NCBI GenBank assembly: GCA_012295275.1
Contig: CM022665.1
Span: 8,122,001 to 8,186,000 of the forward strand
Length of the DNA: 64,000 nucleotides
Reading direction: 5' to 3'
Source: Chrysomallon squamiferum
Lineage: Eukaryota; Animalia; Mollusca
Positions 39,452-55,100 of this stretch are shown piece after piece. Below the pieces are notes generated by a model. It did no database searches. It saw nothing but the letters and a program-made list of their open reading frames with translations, and had not been told where the DNA came from. Every line of letters begins with the position of its first letter. Position 1 is the stretch's first letter. The position numbers and the translations under genes are program-made.

Positions 39452-40109
39452 TAATGTTTTCAACAATTAATGTTTGTATGAATTGATTGATTTTAAGAAT
39501 AATTTAAAAAAGTTTTCCAACTTTTTGAAGATCAAAGTGAATCTGATACATCTGAATCTGATGGAGAAACTGAAGATGATTTAGAGCAGGAAAATGAAGA
39601 TGAAAGTAAATCTAGTGCACCAGAATATGAAAAGGTGTTTGGTGATGGTAAAAATGTACATCATGATGGAAATGATTCTCCATTTTCAAACAATAATGCT
39701 AACCAACACATTCCAGACACATCTGAAAAGCAGATGGAAGTGTCTCCAGACATGCAAGATCCTGTTAATGAACATGAAAATCCACAGGTTAGTTTCTTCA
39801 CTCTTTAAATATAATTATATTTTTTTTTTTTATCTTTTAAAAGCAATTAAACCTGTTTCAGTAATAATTTATTTCAGAGCTAATCATTTTTAATGTTGTA
39901 TTTCTGAAGTCATTATGGAATGCATGTTCTTTTTTATATTCAATTGCTATCTGTCAGATAATTCAAAAGTCAGCATGAAGAAAAGGGTATTTATTTCTTT
40001 GATTTTCCTTTTTGCCCCTTTCACTTGATTAGAAGTCAGAATAAATTCAAACGCTGGTTTTTAATTTGTTAGCCTTATTTAATGGTACTTTAATTGTATA
40101 AAAGTTGAA

Positions 40110-40151
<42 letters not shown>

Positions 40152-43100
40152 CTATTTTCTTCTTTTCTTCTCAGTAATACTTTTCTTTTTTAAAATTCAG
40201 CCTACAGAAATGGGTCAACAAATGGAAAATCAAGAAAGGTATTTTTTATTCCTTTAGTCCATAACCTATGTTAATAATATTGTAAATACCATTTGTCTGC
40301 TGTTATCAAGGGTAGAAATTAAGATGATTATACATGCTAGGTATGTTTTTGCAGATATGTTTCTGAGGCATTAACAGAAAATATGACCTACATGTTTGGA
40401 TTCTAGCAAGAGAGAAGTGAATGTCTGAGTTATTCATGGCCAGTCAGTTCTGTTAAAACAAAGTTATTTAAAGATTGTATTTATTACTGATGAGGTGAAA
40501 TTTATATATATTTGTTTGTCACAATAATTTAAATAGTATTAAATCATTTTAAAAATACCTTATTTTGCATCAAATAATTTAGGTACTGACAGGTTAAATT
40601 AAATAAAAAATATGTAAAAAAAAAAAAAAAAAAAAAAAACATTTAGCACAAGAAAATATTTTCTTTTTATAAACAAGAAAATATATCATTCCTGAATCAA
40701 AGTGGATGAATTTTCAATTTTTTACAACAAATGGTTAGTGTTCATATTATTTAAAAGATCATTAAAATTATTTTATTTTATTCTAACTTAAAAAAAAAGA
40801 AGTAAAAATATCTTCACAAGAGGAAAATCATTTGTGTTATTCACGTACATTGCAAACATTTTCTTGAAATATGGAACATACAGTCTAAAGATGTATTTGA
40901 TTTTAAGACTATATAATTATTTTGTATATAATACTTTGTGTTTAGTTGTGGTTTTATTACCGTGTCAGATGAAACAAATGAGCTATTCCAGTTAAGAATA
41001 CTGTGAACGTTCACAGTTACTGGTATTTAATGAAAATTTCTGCTTTACTTGAATTACTGACCCAGGGGACTAGCACCTTTTAAATTTTATTAGACAATAT
41101 CTCAATGAATTCCACTTGTTTGAGGCTGAAGGACGATTATTATTAATTTCCATTCTTGCTGATATGGTGTCTGTTTCCCACAGTGTCACATTTCTTGCAA
41201 AAAAGTAAAATGTTGATCAGTCTATTTTCTCAGTTAAATATCACAGATTCAGCATGATGTAACATATTGTTAGATCTTTCATGATCTTTTATTTACATCT
41301 TAAAAACCTTCAAATATTATAAAAACAAATTTATTGATTTTAAATATTTAAATTTTTATTTTTTTAACTTCTCATTCAAGGGCTACAAATGTGAAAGTGG
41401 TTTTTCATGCACTACTCCCAGATAACAGCAAATATGATCAAGAAAAGGAAGATATTTATATTTTCTTTGGATTTAGCACCTTGGTTGACAACTGGAAACC
41501 TCATGAAAAATATAAAATGGACAGAAAAAGGTAAATTAAATGCATACAGTCTTTAGGAAGTTTTTATTTTATTTTGTTTAGATTAATTTATTTAAAAAAA
41601 TAATAACTATAAAGCTAAAAGCTGATCTAAAATTTTCTATATTAATGGTATATTTTTGTATTGTCTTTAATGAACATTAATGATTTAATGTTTTTCATTC
41701 CAGTCATGATGAATTTACCCTCTCTATTGACATTCCAAAGGATTTACGGGATAAAGGTTTTGAATACAAATATGTGTTTGTGACAAAAGATAAAGCTAAG
41801 TTTAAATATGAACATGTTTATTTCATGGTAGCCAAGACCAAGAATGACAAAAAAATAGACACTTTTTCATGCCAAACCAGGATAAGAAATCTTTAGGTAT
41901 GACTTTTTAACTAAATCATAACATTTAATTTTATTTATTTTTATCTTTGAATATATAAAAAAAAATTAAAACAAAAATATTGTTTTTATTTTAAAGATAA
42001 TTAATTATTTAATGTATTTTGGGCAATTCCACAATAACCAGTGACAACCTCTTCTAAATAATTCTGATATATGAAGTTGTTTTTATCATAATGCAGCATA
42101 GTCATTACCCTTATTTTATATTTTCATTATATTAGTCAATGGACAATGATATCCAGTAACAGTAATGTATATGCAGGAGTTTCAGATCAAACTAGTGGCT
42201 GATGCAGTTTCTGTCTACAGGGCCTCCTTCCCTAGCTATTTTTCTGTTAAAAAAACAAGCAAATAAATTTAATATTTGCATATTTTTAAGTTGAATTTCA
42301 TATATAGGTAAAAAAAAAAATCAAACAATTTGTATCAAATGTTGGCACTATTTGGCACATGCTCCAGTTTCAAATCACCATGTGCAGTCTTCTGTACAAA
42401 TGATTTTACCATAGCAGTACTTGTTGGATCAAAACAATTCAGGTTTTAAATTGTACTAATGACCTTGAAAAATGCTCACTTATATCAAAGGCTTTTTCAT
42501 TAAACAAAATTATCTTGGAGAGAGCTTTCAGACTTTCTTTTGCCATTGTGTCATCAGTTCCTCATCTGTATAACAGTGTTTATGTGATGGCAAAAAATTC
42601 ACATCCTATTCAAATACAAATGTAATATTAAATGGGACAAGAATTTTTTGATTTCATTAAAACCTCTATGAAGCATGCACAAATAATAAACTGATGACAA
42701 ATTTCATAGAGAGTTATTGATTTAAAAAATGACATTTAGTCTTTAACTTCTATGAAGTCAAAGTTGGTGGTACACATATAACATGTATAATACATAGGAT
42801 TTTTGAACCATTGAAAAAAGATTATAAAATGAAACAAGTTTACAGTTTTTTACTTAAAAATAATATTTTATTACAACAGTTTAAATTTTAAAAGTATTAA
42901 AATACATCTTTTTTTAACAAACAGACAGGAGAATGTTTTTTTTTTTTTTTTTTTTTTTTAGCATATGAAGTTGCTGGAAGAAAGACTGTAAAATATGAAA
43001 AGAAATTTGGAGATGAAAATAACATATAATTAATAGATATTCTTTCATATGTTTTCTATTCTAATGACATTATACATATATGAACGTATATATGCAGTCA

Positions 43101-46100
43101 AACCTTGATTTAATAGACTAATAGGGGTAAAATCCCATTTTTCCAAAGGGTGTTAAAAATAGAACAGATTATTAATATTAGCATTGTGGAACAATACACA
43201 GAACTAAATTTGTTTTAAATTCACAGTTTTTACTTATGCTGATGGACAGCTGATTTAGCTTGTTTTGCTGTGATTGCATAGTGGCACCATTGTCAGTGCA
43301 CAAATATGAATATAATTTTGTATTCATTCTGAGATAAAACTCAGAGCAAGCAAAGCGTGAATGCATATATGACCAGTGTAAAGAAACAGACTTTCAGAGG
43401 CTATGCTAACTCCTAGATGGGTTAAAATTTTGGTGGATCGAGAATATATTTCCCAAGATCAGGTGGATTTGAGAATCTGAAAAGTGAACTCTGCTTTGTT
43501 CCATTTCACCATTTGGCTTACATATTACTCACCAGTGATGAATACAATTGCAGGTTGGGAACTCATTATCTCTGTTCAGGCCTAGAAGTATTTCAGATTT
43601 CATAATTTGGCAGATTTTGGAATATAAGGAGAAAACTAGAGAATAGGATCTAAGGCTCAAAACTGACACCAAGAGTAAAATATACATTTTTTGATAGTTC
43701 ATAAAAAGCTAAAACTGCCAAATTGCAGAAAGGTGCCCTTTTCAAAGTATATTTCCACCCCCAACCAAAATAGCCTTTTTTTCCCTCCTTTTTTAGTTTC
43801 ATTTAATTTTTTAAATTTATAAAATGTTGGAACCTAAAATTAAATAGTGGTTTCCACAGAAGGAAACCAAAATTGCAATATTGAAATATAGTGGGTTTTT
43901 TTGAAAAATGGGCTCATACCCCATTGAAAGAAAATGATATTTGTAAATTGTCATTCGAATAAAGATCACTTACAGTTCTGTTGAAATAATGTTTTCAACT
44001 AGTTTATCACTTTATTGTGAATATTACGTTAAGCTTAAAATGAACCTGTGGACATACGAATGGAAGGGCTGGAAAATTCTTCAAACTTTCAAGCTACCAT
44101 TTTATTTCCTGTGAACAACCTGCCCTTGCTAATAATGATAATGAAATATTATCATAAAACATATAACCAGATGGTTTGCCCCTACATGATAGACTGATAT
44201 CTGTGGATATATCTGATAGCACTAGAAGAAACCAGAGTAAAGTAATGGCTAAAAAAAAAGTAGAACCCAGGTATTTTTAACTGAATAGCAAAAAACAAAT
44301 AAGATGTAACATGGAAGTACAGTATGCAGAATATATTTAGACTGCTACTTTGCATTACCAAAGGTACACTTTAGCCCAATGCAGCTATAGGTTGCTGTTG
44401 TCAAAAATGAAGAGAATATTCCTATTGACAGGACAGCACAGGACAGTGATAGGAAAATCCAGGTCCATCATTATGCTATAGAAGTACTATTTTATTATAA
44501 TAAACATCCCTTCCAAATGAATGATTTACATGTTTAAATGAATACAGTCCAAAAGTAAATAAAAAGTAATTAACAATAGAACTAAATAAAAAAACTCATT
44601 TATTTTTACCACTAAACAAATGACATAGTATTTATAAAACTAATCTTCCTCTAACAGATTTTTGCTACAATTTCTTAGAAAATTATTTCCAAATATGCAC
44701 ACCTTTCATACAATACAGACATGTGGTACATTGATATTATGGTGATTTTCTTTCAGAATTTAAATGTCATTAATATTTTCATGGATCAAGATATCCTATA
44801 TAGAAATTTAATTTGAACTTGCTTTAAGAATATTACGTCCAATATTATGAAATAATAAATGAAAATTTCAGTGGATCAGAGTTTGAAATGAATTTAAACT
44901 GTGGATCATGGTTTATCCATTCAAGAGAAATTGAACATTAATTAACATCAAAGAAATAAGACAGAATTCTGAATAGGACAGTATAATTTGTCATATTATT
45001 TGAAGAACCTTTGATCTATTTGCCAATATTTGTATATATGTTTTGACAGAACAACAGTCATAAATATTTAAAATAGTATTAAAATGTATCTCTGCAACAA
45101 CGAAATAACTGCTTAAATACAATGCCTATGCTTCCATCTTACTTTTGCTTTTGGGTCTGGTGGCCAGGGTTGCTAATAAAGTAATACGATTATAAAATAT
45201 TACTATCTTGCAATTTCACAAATGCCACACTTTTGCCTCTTTGAAGCTGTAGCTATGACATAATTTTGTAGATATGAGGTTAATTTTCTTCTGTTCTCCA
45301 GGGAAAATAGTAAATTATGGTTAAAAATGTTCATATTCAAAGTGCTTCAGGAGCCTCAGAAATCAAATTTCCAAAATTTATGTAAAAATAACAGCAATTA
45401 CAGTGGCTTTTTTGCAAACTGAAGAGGAAATGTCAGTATGAATTGGAGGCAAAGACTTGCAAAAATGGTGATAGCAAGCTGAAATAAGTGTAAAAAAAAA
45501 CCCATCCACTGGAAATAGCATTTGCTGAATGAATGATTAGTCATCTTTAAAAGATATGTGCCCCATTAAATCTGTCTTATCATTTATCATTGATCTTTTG
45601 TTTGCTGCTTATTTACATAATTTTGATTCAGTGGTATAATACTTTCTGAGATGAAAACACAATATCAATAGTTCATGTGTTATACAGAAATGCAACAGTA
45701 AGATGGAAGTATATACACTATATTTAAGCCATTACATTATTCGACAGGTAGACAGACATTAAAGTATCTAAAACAGAGAATAGTAAGTTACATATATGAA
45801 TTGTATAGTATAGTACAGCATAGCATAGCATAGTACAGATATAAATAACAATTTGCAGGCATGTTTTGTATTTTCATCCCAGGATTGGTATTTTTGTGGA
45901 ATTGCCATTTTATGTACCAATAAATTTAATATTATGTTTTGTTATTAATTTATTAAACAATGTTAAAGCACAACAATGTCTACCAGTAAAGTTACTCTAA
46001 GGTTCATTTTTTGTTTTTGTTCTATTTTGTTTCTTTATAAACATAATTTTGTTTATTAATAGAAAACCGTGAAACAGATTTATTTAATAAGAAATTAATT

Positions 46101-49100
46101 ATAAATAGTGAGAAATTTGATTAAATAAACCATTATTTGCTTGATAAAAATTCATTTTGATAAGTTTGGAAATATTCTTTTTAGGGATCTGGCACCAGTA
46201 TGATGGTTTTATCTACTATCCAAAGAAAGATAGTATTTTGGAATCATTTTATGACTTTTTGACATCTTCAAACAATGAAATAAAGAAAAACACAAAGAAA
46301 GCAGCAAAACATTTTCTACCACAAACTGAAAAAATTATTTCCACTTTGAAGACATCTGGTAAATCCCAAAATGCTGAAAAGTTGTTGAAAACAGTCTCTT
46401 CTGTTATGGGCTGTTTGAAATTTCAGATGATTGATTTCAGTACTGGGCTTGTTGATGATTATTTTTTTGCTTCAGTAAGTATTAGTTTCTGTTAATTATA
46501 TTTCATTTTCCACACATTTCATCAGATGTTTATTATCAAGAAAATAACCGTATTCAGTTTTCATCATGGCTATCAACCAAAGCATTTTCAGTAAATTCTG
46601 AGCGCTACATCTAACCAGCAGTGCTTATACAGTGAATATATTACATTTAATCCTGGTTTATTCAGCCTTTGTGATATTGAATAGATGACAATTTTTCGCA
46701 AAATATTCACTCTTTAAACATTTATTTTACTTCAGTGAAGTATTTGATTCTTGGATTGAAACTGTTAACATACAGGCTCAAATATATGGCCTTATTAATG
46801 TCACTAAATACATAACATCACAGTTCTTTCATTTTTACTAACTGTTCTGAATGCTAGTTTTTCATGTGACAGCCAATAAAATAACTGATGTTCAAAAAAA
46901 CCAACAAAAAACCCACATAGGTTTATGTTTCTGATGCTGTCACTTTCTAGCAAATGCTGTAAAAATGTCATTGTTCCAAGTGTAGATTCACACATGATTT
47001 TTATATTTGGACTGGGTCTGGATGAACAATGTTGATCAACCTCTCATGTCTGTTGGACCAATCCTACAAATTCACTTTTTTTTATTGTGGAATTAGCATG
47101 TAAGATGATTATCTATTTATCTTAAATTCAAAATGCTTTATTATAAAAATGATGATGATGATGAAATCGGTGGAAACGTTTTTAAATAATAAAGTATGTT
47201 TTTTTATATTTTTAAAAGTAAATAATTTGTTTGTTTTGCAGAGTTTTGACATAATCCTTGACCCTCTCTTCGAAGAGTTAGAAAACTGTATGAAACAAGA
47301 AGAAAAGTCAGAAATGGCAAAGCATGCATTGTCTGTTGCTGTTTTTATATTACTGATAATGGAAAACAGTGGTTTACCATATCTTTTTGTGACCAACAGA
47401 AAATACATGACACTATTTTTCCAGTCATTTCTACTGTATTGTAAAAAAGGATATGTCCCAAACTTTGGACATATGAAACAGAAATTTCCTAATATGTTAA
47501 CGTAAGTACAAAAGGCATTCAAAATTAAGTAAGATCAACACTATTTGTATCATGTATAAAATACATTTCAAGTACAGTCTTTTATTGTAATATTATGTAT
47601 TCAAAATATTAGAATGTTAACTTACTAATATCACTGATTGTCTTAACAAAAGTTATTACTGTAAATCCAGAATATTTTCCATATAGAATGGGGTATTGAA
47701 AAAAATTATTTATATGGTTAAATATTTACAGACTAATATCAAGTTCTCTGCCTGAAATCATTAAGAGGAATGCAGAGACTGAACCAACTGACTCAACTTG
47801 GTTGTACTGTGTTCCACTACTTCATTTCCTTCGAGGTGATTTAAAAGCTTTTGAAATATTAAAACCTGCTAAACATCGAACAGAAGAATGGTGGGGCATT
47901 TCTTTTCTTGAGGATGTGAAAGAACAAATGAAACAATATACTGCTGGATTTTGGGTCCCTGAAAAAACAGAATATTTTATAAGTTCACAATATTTTTCAC
48001 GGGATTGGAGCATGTATGTATTTTTAAAAGATTATAATGGTTATTGTAATTTGTTATATTTTGTACTCTCGTTCCAGTAAAGTAATACACAACAGAAAGA
48101 TTGGTATATGTATTTATTATGATAATAACAGAATAAATTTTATTAAAATCTGATGACTGAAAATAAAACATAAAATACTTGAAAACTGAAGAAATCATTT
48201 CTATAAACAAAATAATTCAACATGTCACATATTTATATTTAATAATATAGCTTTTTAAGAAACAAAAAGGATTTCTATAGTGGATATTCTAAGAAGTTTT
48301 TTTCAATGATAATTCTTCCCAATTCCAAATATATCAGTGGTTTTACTCAGCTAAAACATGCAATAATTTTTGTTTGTTGTAAATTATTGCCATTTTATAT
48401 TTTTATTTTTTTCAGTCCTCCTGACAAGGTTATTGCTGATCTAAAGGTGATGTTTGAAGCAGATTATCTTCTCCCAAGAAGTATTATGGCAACGATTACA
48501 ATGAACCAGCTTGAAACTGCTATATCAACTGGACATATTCCACCTTACATTTCAGCAGCATGTCTGTTCTTTCACAGTAATTCACTGAAGGGTATAGACA
48601 GTAAGAGCAAAATGGTAATAAATCAAACATTTAAAAACAAATTATTTGCTCATTGAATTATTTGATTTATTAAAAAATGCTTGAGAAAATTGTTTAAGGT
48701 GATTCATTGTATAACTATATACAAGATCTAATAATTTGTCATAAAAATACCTTTTTTGTATAATACCATCTCATAATAATTATTACATAAACATTATTTT
48801 GATTTCAGTTATTTTGCAGACTTTTTGGGAAAATTACTGAGCAGTTTAAAACCAGTGTTGGTATACTTCGATCATCTGACACCCCAAAGTATGTATTAAT
48901 ATCTTCTGCATCTGAAACAATCCAAAATATTGTATTCTATGAAAATATATCTTTCATTCACAAAACATCATCACAAATGCCTCTTCTTATATTTTCTGAC
49001 ATAGTCATAACAACATTTATGCATATGTTAATTGATTTAATATAGGCTTTTTATTTTTCTCATAATTATCAGTTCTGAAAATAAAAAATAAATAATATAA

Positions 49101-52100
49101 ATTTTGTAGAAAGTGAAATAATATTACTGAAAGATAATCATAATACAAGGCTACAAGGCCAGATCTGCCATCGACAGTTATTATTATTATGAAGTTACAG
49201 TGAGTGCAAGTTTAGTTTCCTGTTTGACTGATTCTGATTTAGATGGATTACCTCCAATATATTTGAATCAGATTTATAATTTCAATTGTTTTGTTATCAG
49301 AACAATAAACATTTAATTTACTGAAGTTACACATCTTGGTAAACAGAATGAAAACAACAACAAAATCACTGTCATTTACAATTTTTAGTTTCTTTTCAAA
49401 AACTAGAGTACTAAAAACATTAATTAGGTCTACTTGTAATACTTTGTTTTGTTTAGATACTATTTAGATGAAATGAATTTTATTACTAGAAATGATGACT
49501 GTGGTTAACTTGTTTATAGAGAATCAAAACATGACTAAAAATTGTATGTCCTTATACACTTACAATTGGACAAACATAAATCGGAGCTATCCAATGAAAT
49601 TTAAAAAAAATATATACTGTCTTTGAAACTTAAGGTAGGAAGTTCAGTTATTTAATAATTGATTACTGATTTTATGTAGATTGTGAAATAATTTCAACCC
49701 GTTTGAAAAATATATAAACAATATATTTCCAGGAAGAAACTGCAGCAGATCATTGTGGAGCTACAGATTTCAAAAGACATTGTGATGGATCTAGTTAATG
49801 AAAACAACAAGGATGAGTTGCTAAAGCCAATCATAGCTCTTGGTTTATCTGTAGTTAATGGCTTAGTTGCTGCACATAAGGCCCAGCCTGAGACAATGGA
49901 AGTTAAAGAATCTGACAGTATGCTTGAATTTCTGCACGAGGCAGCACTTCGGCAGCTTAAAAATAAGCGTTATTTTCAAAATAATGATTTATTTCTGCTG
50001 AAGGTAACCCTACAATATTTTAAAATTATTATTACTATTTTTTAAATTTTCATATTAAAAATGCATAAAGTTGTTGAGATCATAATATAACAGTGAATCA
50101 CATAAAAAAATATTAGAGATTTAATGCATATTAGAATATCTAAAAAGTTTACATAACGTAGGATGTAATAAATTCATCATAAGTTTGAATATTTTCATTA
50201 ACTTTAAATATCTTTTAATTTACTTAAAGAAAACAGACAGTACATTTAAAAAAAAACATTCAGTTAGCATGTTACTTAAATTATTATGAAATGAAACTAA
50301 TTTTGGGTTTAATTTATATTATAAATGAACTTTAAAGCTGATCATAAAGTTAAAGAGAATTTAGTAAAGGATAAAATGATGTGAAATTTCTTTTCATTTT
50401 TTTTTTTAATTTATTTATTAGTGTTGATAGTTTTGGCAATTTCAAGGATCAGAGTTTTTATTAATATTAAGTATAACTGTTAGGCATAAAGATATATAGT
50501 TTCTTCAACAAACAATTATACTAATATTTTAATTTATAATTTTTTTTTTTTAATTTTTTTTTTATCTTTTCTTTTTTTAAAAATGTTTTGTTTTTAAAGG
50601 ACTGGGCTGATATGATAAATTTGATGTCGGATTCACTGTTACCAGAACTGAAAGAAAATTGGCAGCAACATCTGTTGGCATCTTTTGCACCAGATAATTC
50701 CACAGTATGTATTTAAACAAGAAATTTTAATATGTGTTCATATATTTATGAGATATAAATATATAAAAAAATTTTTTTTTTTTTTTTAAAGTAAAATAAC
50801 CACTATGTATTAATTATTTCAGTTTATTAAATAGCTTTATAATTTTTTTCAATCAATGTGAAAACAATAGAATAAATTTTTTTTAAACCAAGGATATGAT
50901 GTCACTTTTGAGATGTTTAAAGTGTGTGTGTGAAAAAAGAAAAGAGAAAAGAATTCATAGTAATAAAAATAAAATAAACAATTTCAAAATAATCAAGTTG
51001 TGACTTGAATTTATCTAATCCAAAACTGTACTTTAACAAAGTGGAATTATAAGTATTTATTATTTGCTACCATTTCTTCATTTCTACTTAGCAGCTTTGT
51101 TTATATTTTAGTTTAAATAATCTGCAGAGCTCTATACTGATTTGCTGTTAAAAGAAAATTAATATTTATTTGAAATATAACAATAAGCTTGACAAATATA
51201 TGTGATCAGTTTATAAAAATCATTTTGCTTTAATTATAGCTTGAAAGATGGTTACGGGATGAGAAGTTAATGGAGCAAACTGATTCTCAATTGAAGTGTA
51301 ATGATTTAAAAGAAAAGCTGATGATTTTAGCATTTGACTTTTTTGAGAATGAAATGATGGTAAACAGTAAACCATTTTTTTTCTTATTGATGCTATTTTC
51401 AAGGTTTAATAAATATTTTAACCATATATTTTTATCACTTTCCCAAAATAACTTGTTGTTTTTATTATTAGTACTAGCAGTATTTTTTGGTCATAATGAC
51501 AAGCCTTATTCATTATGTTACATTATTATCTAACAAACAGGAAAATTTGTTGATCTTCCTTTAACTTTGAAATTACTTTACAGTCCATTAGAAACATGTT
51601 AGTGTCAATTGCAATTTTCACCTAAGAATTTTTTTATAACTTTAAAGACAGTTCATTTTAAAGGAGAAAAATTCATTTTAATAGAAAGGATTCAGTCAGT
51701 CAGAATTATACAGCTGTATGAAAAGCATTTCATTGTATGCCATCCTGTTATAAGAAATAAAATATTAAAAAAAACATTTATCCCTTCTATTGTTCAACAG
51801 GAAAGACCAAATGATAAGAAAATACCAGTAAACAAACCCTGCGGAAATATGATGTCAAAGATGTTGGAAAATCGATGGCCAAAAGAAGAAAATTATGATT
51901 TGCAGCTAGATTTTATTGTTTCATTTAAGCCATTGGCTCTCTGCCTTAAAAGCTTTTGTAAGTATTACTTTTAACCAGCTAGCCACAACAGTCAACAGTA
52001 TACCATATTGCAAATAGAATTTTTTTTTATTGCATTTTCCCTTCAGTTTTCTTGGATTGAGACTACTTTTGGTACAAGTTCATTTAATATGTCAGTTTCT

Positions 52101-55100
52101 ATAAAAATATTTGAGATTATTTTCAGCAGATTTTCTCACTGGATTCCAAGCTTGGAATATTTTTTCAAGAAACTGATACTGAACAAGATGAATGGTATCT
52201 CTTTATAGACAGTTCCTTCCAAAGTTTGAAATATTCTTCTGCAAAAAATGAAATCAGAATCCATTAATTCTAAGTGGGCAGTCGGCATTTAAAATAAGAG
52301 TATAAAAATGTAAAACATATTCTGCAATAAAACATATACATTAGATACAAATGGCAAAGGTGTGGCAATTTCAACACGAATTACAAAACATTATTTGCAT
52401 ATGGGACTGTCATTATTTTTTAAAAGTAAAATAACCATAATTTATTAAATATTGCAGTTTATTAAATGGTTTTGTAATAATTTTCATTCATTATAATAAT
52501 GTTATTCATGTGCTTAGGTGAAAAAAGACAACAGAATTACAAAATAATCTTGGCCTCAATGAGAACATATTGATCAAGTCACACAAAATTACCAGCCGTT
52601 GGTAGAGTCAAAACAAAATGCATCCACTGCATGTCAGACTCGTATATATATATATATATACATATTTTAATACAGTTTATGAAAGCACTGAAGGCATGTT
52701 TCCACATCTTTTGAAAGCAAAAATTGAATAAGTATTTTTACTGGACCAGTTCACAAGATTCTTCCAAGTTATGTAGGTCTGTGGAAAAATTGCATTAAAG
52801 GAACAAAGCACTGGAAGGCATTTAGGAAAATAGTCGAACATTTCCTTTGGAATAACAAATGCAGTAATTTCAAGCAGAAAGAAAGTTTAATAAACACTTG
52901 CATACCAGATTTATTTGAAATTACATTTTGTTCATTCTCATCTAAAATATCAGTATAAATATGTTTCATATTTGTTAAAAAAAAAAACTGAAAGATTTCA
53001 AGACGATATATCAGTGTGAAAAGAATATACCAAGGGATATGATACTAAAATATAATGTGTGGGAAGGTTAGTTAATATGTAATGACCTTTTTTAATGTGT
53101 GTAAACTCATAATATGTGATGTGCAATCATTCTGCAGAATATCTTTTTAACTTCTCTGTTAATAAATATCATTTGCATTCTTTTAGTACAATGTTTGAAA
53201 AAACTCATAAATTACTGAAACATTTAATAGAAACAGTGAAAGTATGTCTGTGCTTAAAACTGACCCTCTAGGAGATCTAAAAGTATTTTTATAATCAGTC
53301 AAATTTAATCATAATCAATGCATGATATAAACTGAAAATTTTCAACAGGTTTTCATACTAACTTATTAAGAAAATTATATATAATGTTCTGACAGCTTCA
53401 AAACTGCATGAATAATAGTATTTCTAATTTTTGTATTTGCTGAATACTGACAATTTAAACCTAATGGATATATTAAAAATCTCATTAATTTAAATATCAA
53501 AGCATTATTTGACACTTCTGGATGTAAATATGTTAATGAATGCTTTCAACAGGTAAAAATCTCCAATGTATTTTTTTTTAAGTCTAATTTTATTTCAGTA
53601 TTTAACTGCTTGGTATCATAATTTGATAATATTTTGTAAAATGATTGTTATTTTGACAATAGAGAAATATCAAATTATATTTTTGTAGATCTTTCTAATT
53701 TTTTTGCTTTTCCTAAAATGTATGTATTTTCTGCCTTAATTTATCAATTAATCTCTGTGTATTTCAGATGGAAAAGAAAACAATTTATTGACAGACAAAA
53801 GTGTTGAATGCCTAACCAAAGCCAGTTCCCTTTTATCTGACATCACTCAAAAAATTTGGCAAGGAGGAATTTGTGTGAGAACTCTAAGAAAAATCTTGCA
53901 AAAAAAGGAGAATATCCTCCAGCTTATGAAAGCTGCTGAAACCAATTTCTCTGGGTCCATAAATATCAACCATCTGAGGACAGCATTAGAAGCTAGAGCT
54001 AAAGAGCTAGATGAATGTGACAGGCATTTAAAACAAGCGGATACACTGATGATATATTGTAAAGATGTGAATGCAGGTATTTAATACAAGCATTAGTACA
54101 AATTTTCTAAAGATATTATTTAGAAGTTATGCAGTACATTTGGAAATTTCTTAATTTAATTGTATTCCTGTTATTGATCAGGAACCATTATTTTTGGAAA
54201 ATTTGTTTTTATTCTTCTGGCCAGTGATACCAGATTAACAATTTCCTGATGATGTTATTGTACTAAAAATATTTGTTAATGTAAATATGTTTTGAACTCA
54301 TTTTCTTTGAGCATAAATGGGATTGTGTTTGTATTTTTGAGGTGTTGAAGATCATCAAAATGACCTATGACCTTAATTATTAAATTCTTTTTATTTTAGT
54401 GAACACCAAAGAATTATCAAGAGATATACATGAAGCTTTGGATAAAATGGATCAGAAAAACCTTGATGAATTCTGTTCACCTGCTGATGTCAAAAATAGT
54501 GAAAACTTTGATATTGCTAGCTATAAGCCCTCAGTTGCAGAATTCTGTATTCCTCCACAATTGTTTTCTGAAATACCAAAACTGCAGAATCTTATGAAAA
54601 GTCAAATATTTCAAGCAATCTGGAAAAGTGAAGGAGCTAATATCGAGCTAGCTGACAGTTTGGAATCAGTCCTAATTGTGTGGAAAGAAGCTAAACAAAA
54701 ATGGGATTATCTCAGCAAGGATATAAAAAGTGGAACAATAACAATTTCTGATATATTGAAACATATTTCAAATTTCTCTGACAAGTATGATCAAATAAAA
54801 TCAGAGTTCACACTGATGATTGATAATGGTTCTCCAGATTTTTGGGTGGAACAACGATTACAACAGTTAAAAATCATTTCACAAGTTAATAAAAGTCAGA
54901 AGGCTGCCAAAGAAATTATGTTAATAAAAACTCAATATGGTTTTGTTGATGATTTTCAACCAGTCAAGAAAATACTGTCACTGGTATGGGTTTTTTTATG
55001 AATCAACTAATATTTTATTTGGTTATTTCAACTGATTAGTTATCAGATGACAGTTAACTTGAAAAAGTTACAGATGTTCAAAGACAGTAAATTATGTGTT

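Noticed and set aside
39958-39986. Possible small extra RNF213-like exon
   Set aside because: It has a stop in the required phase, and the flanking exons already join in frame without it.
52676-52952. Exon-like stretch after a CAG acceptor
   Set aside because: It has a stop in the required frame, and exon 51801-51957 joins 53768 in phase.
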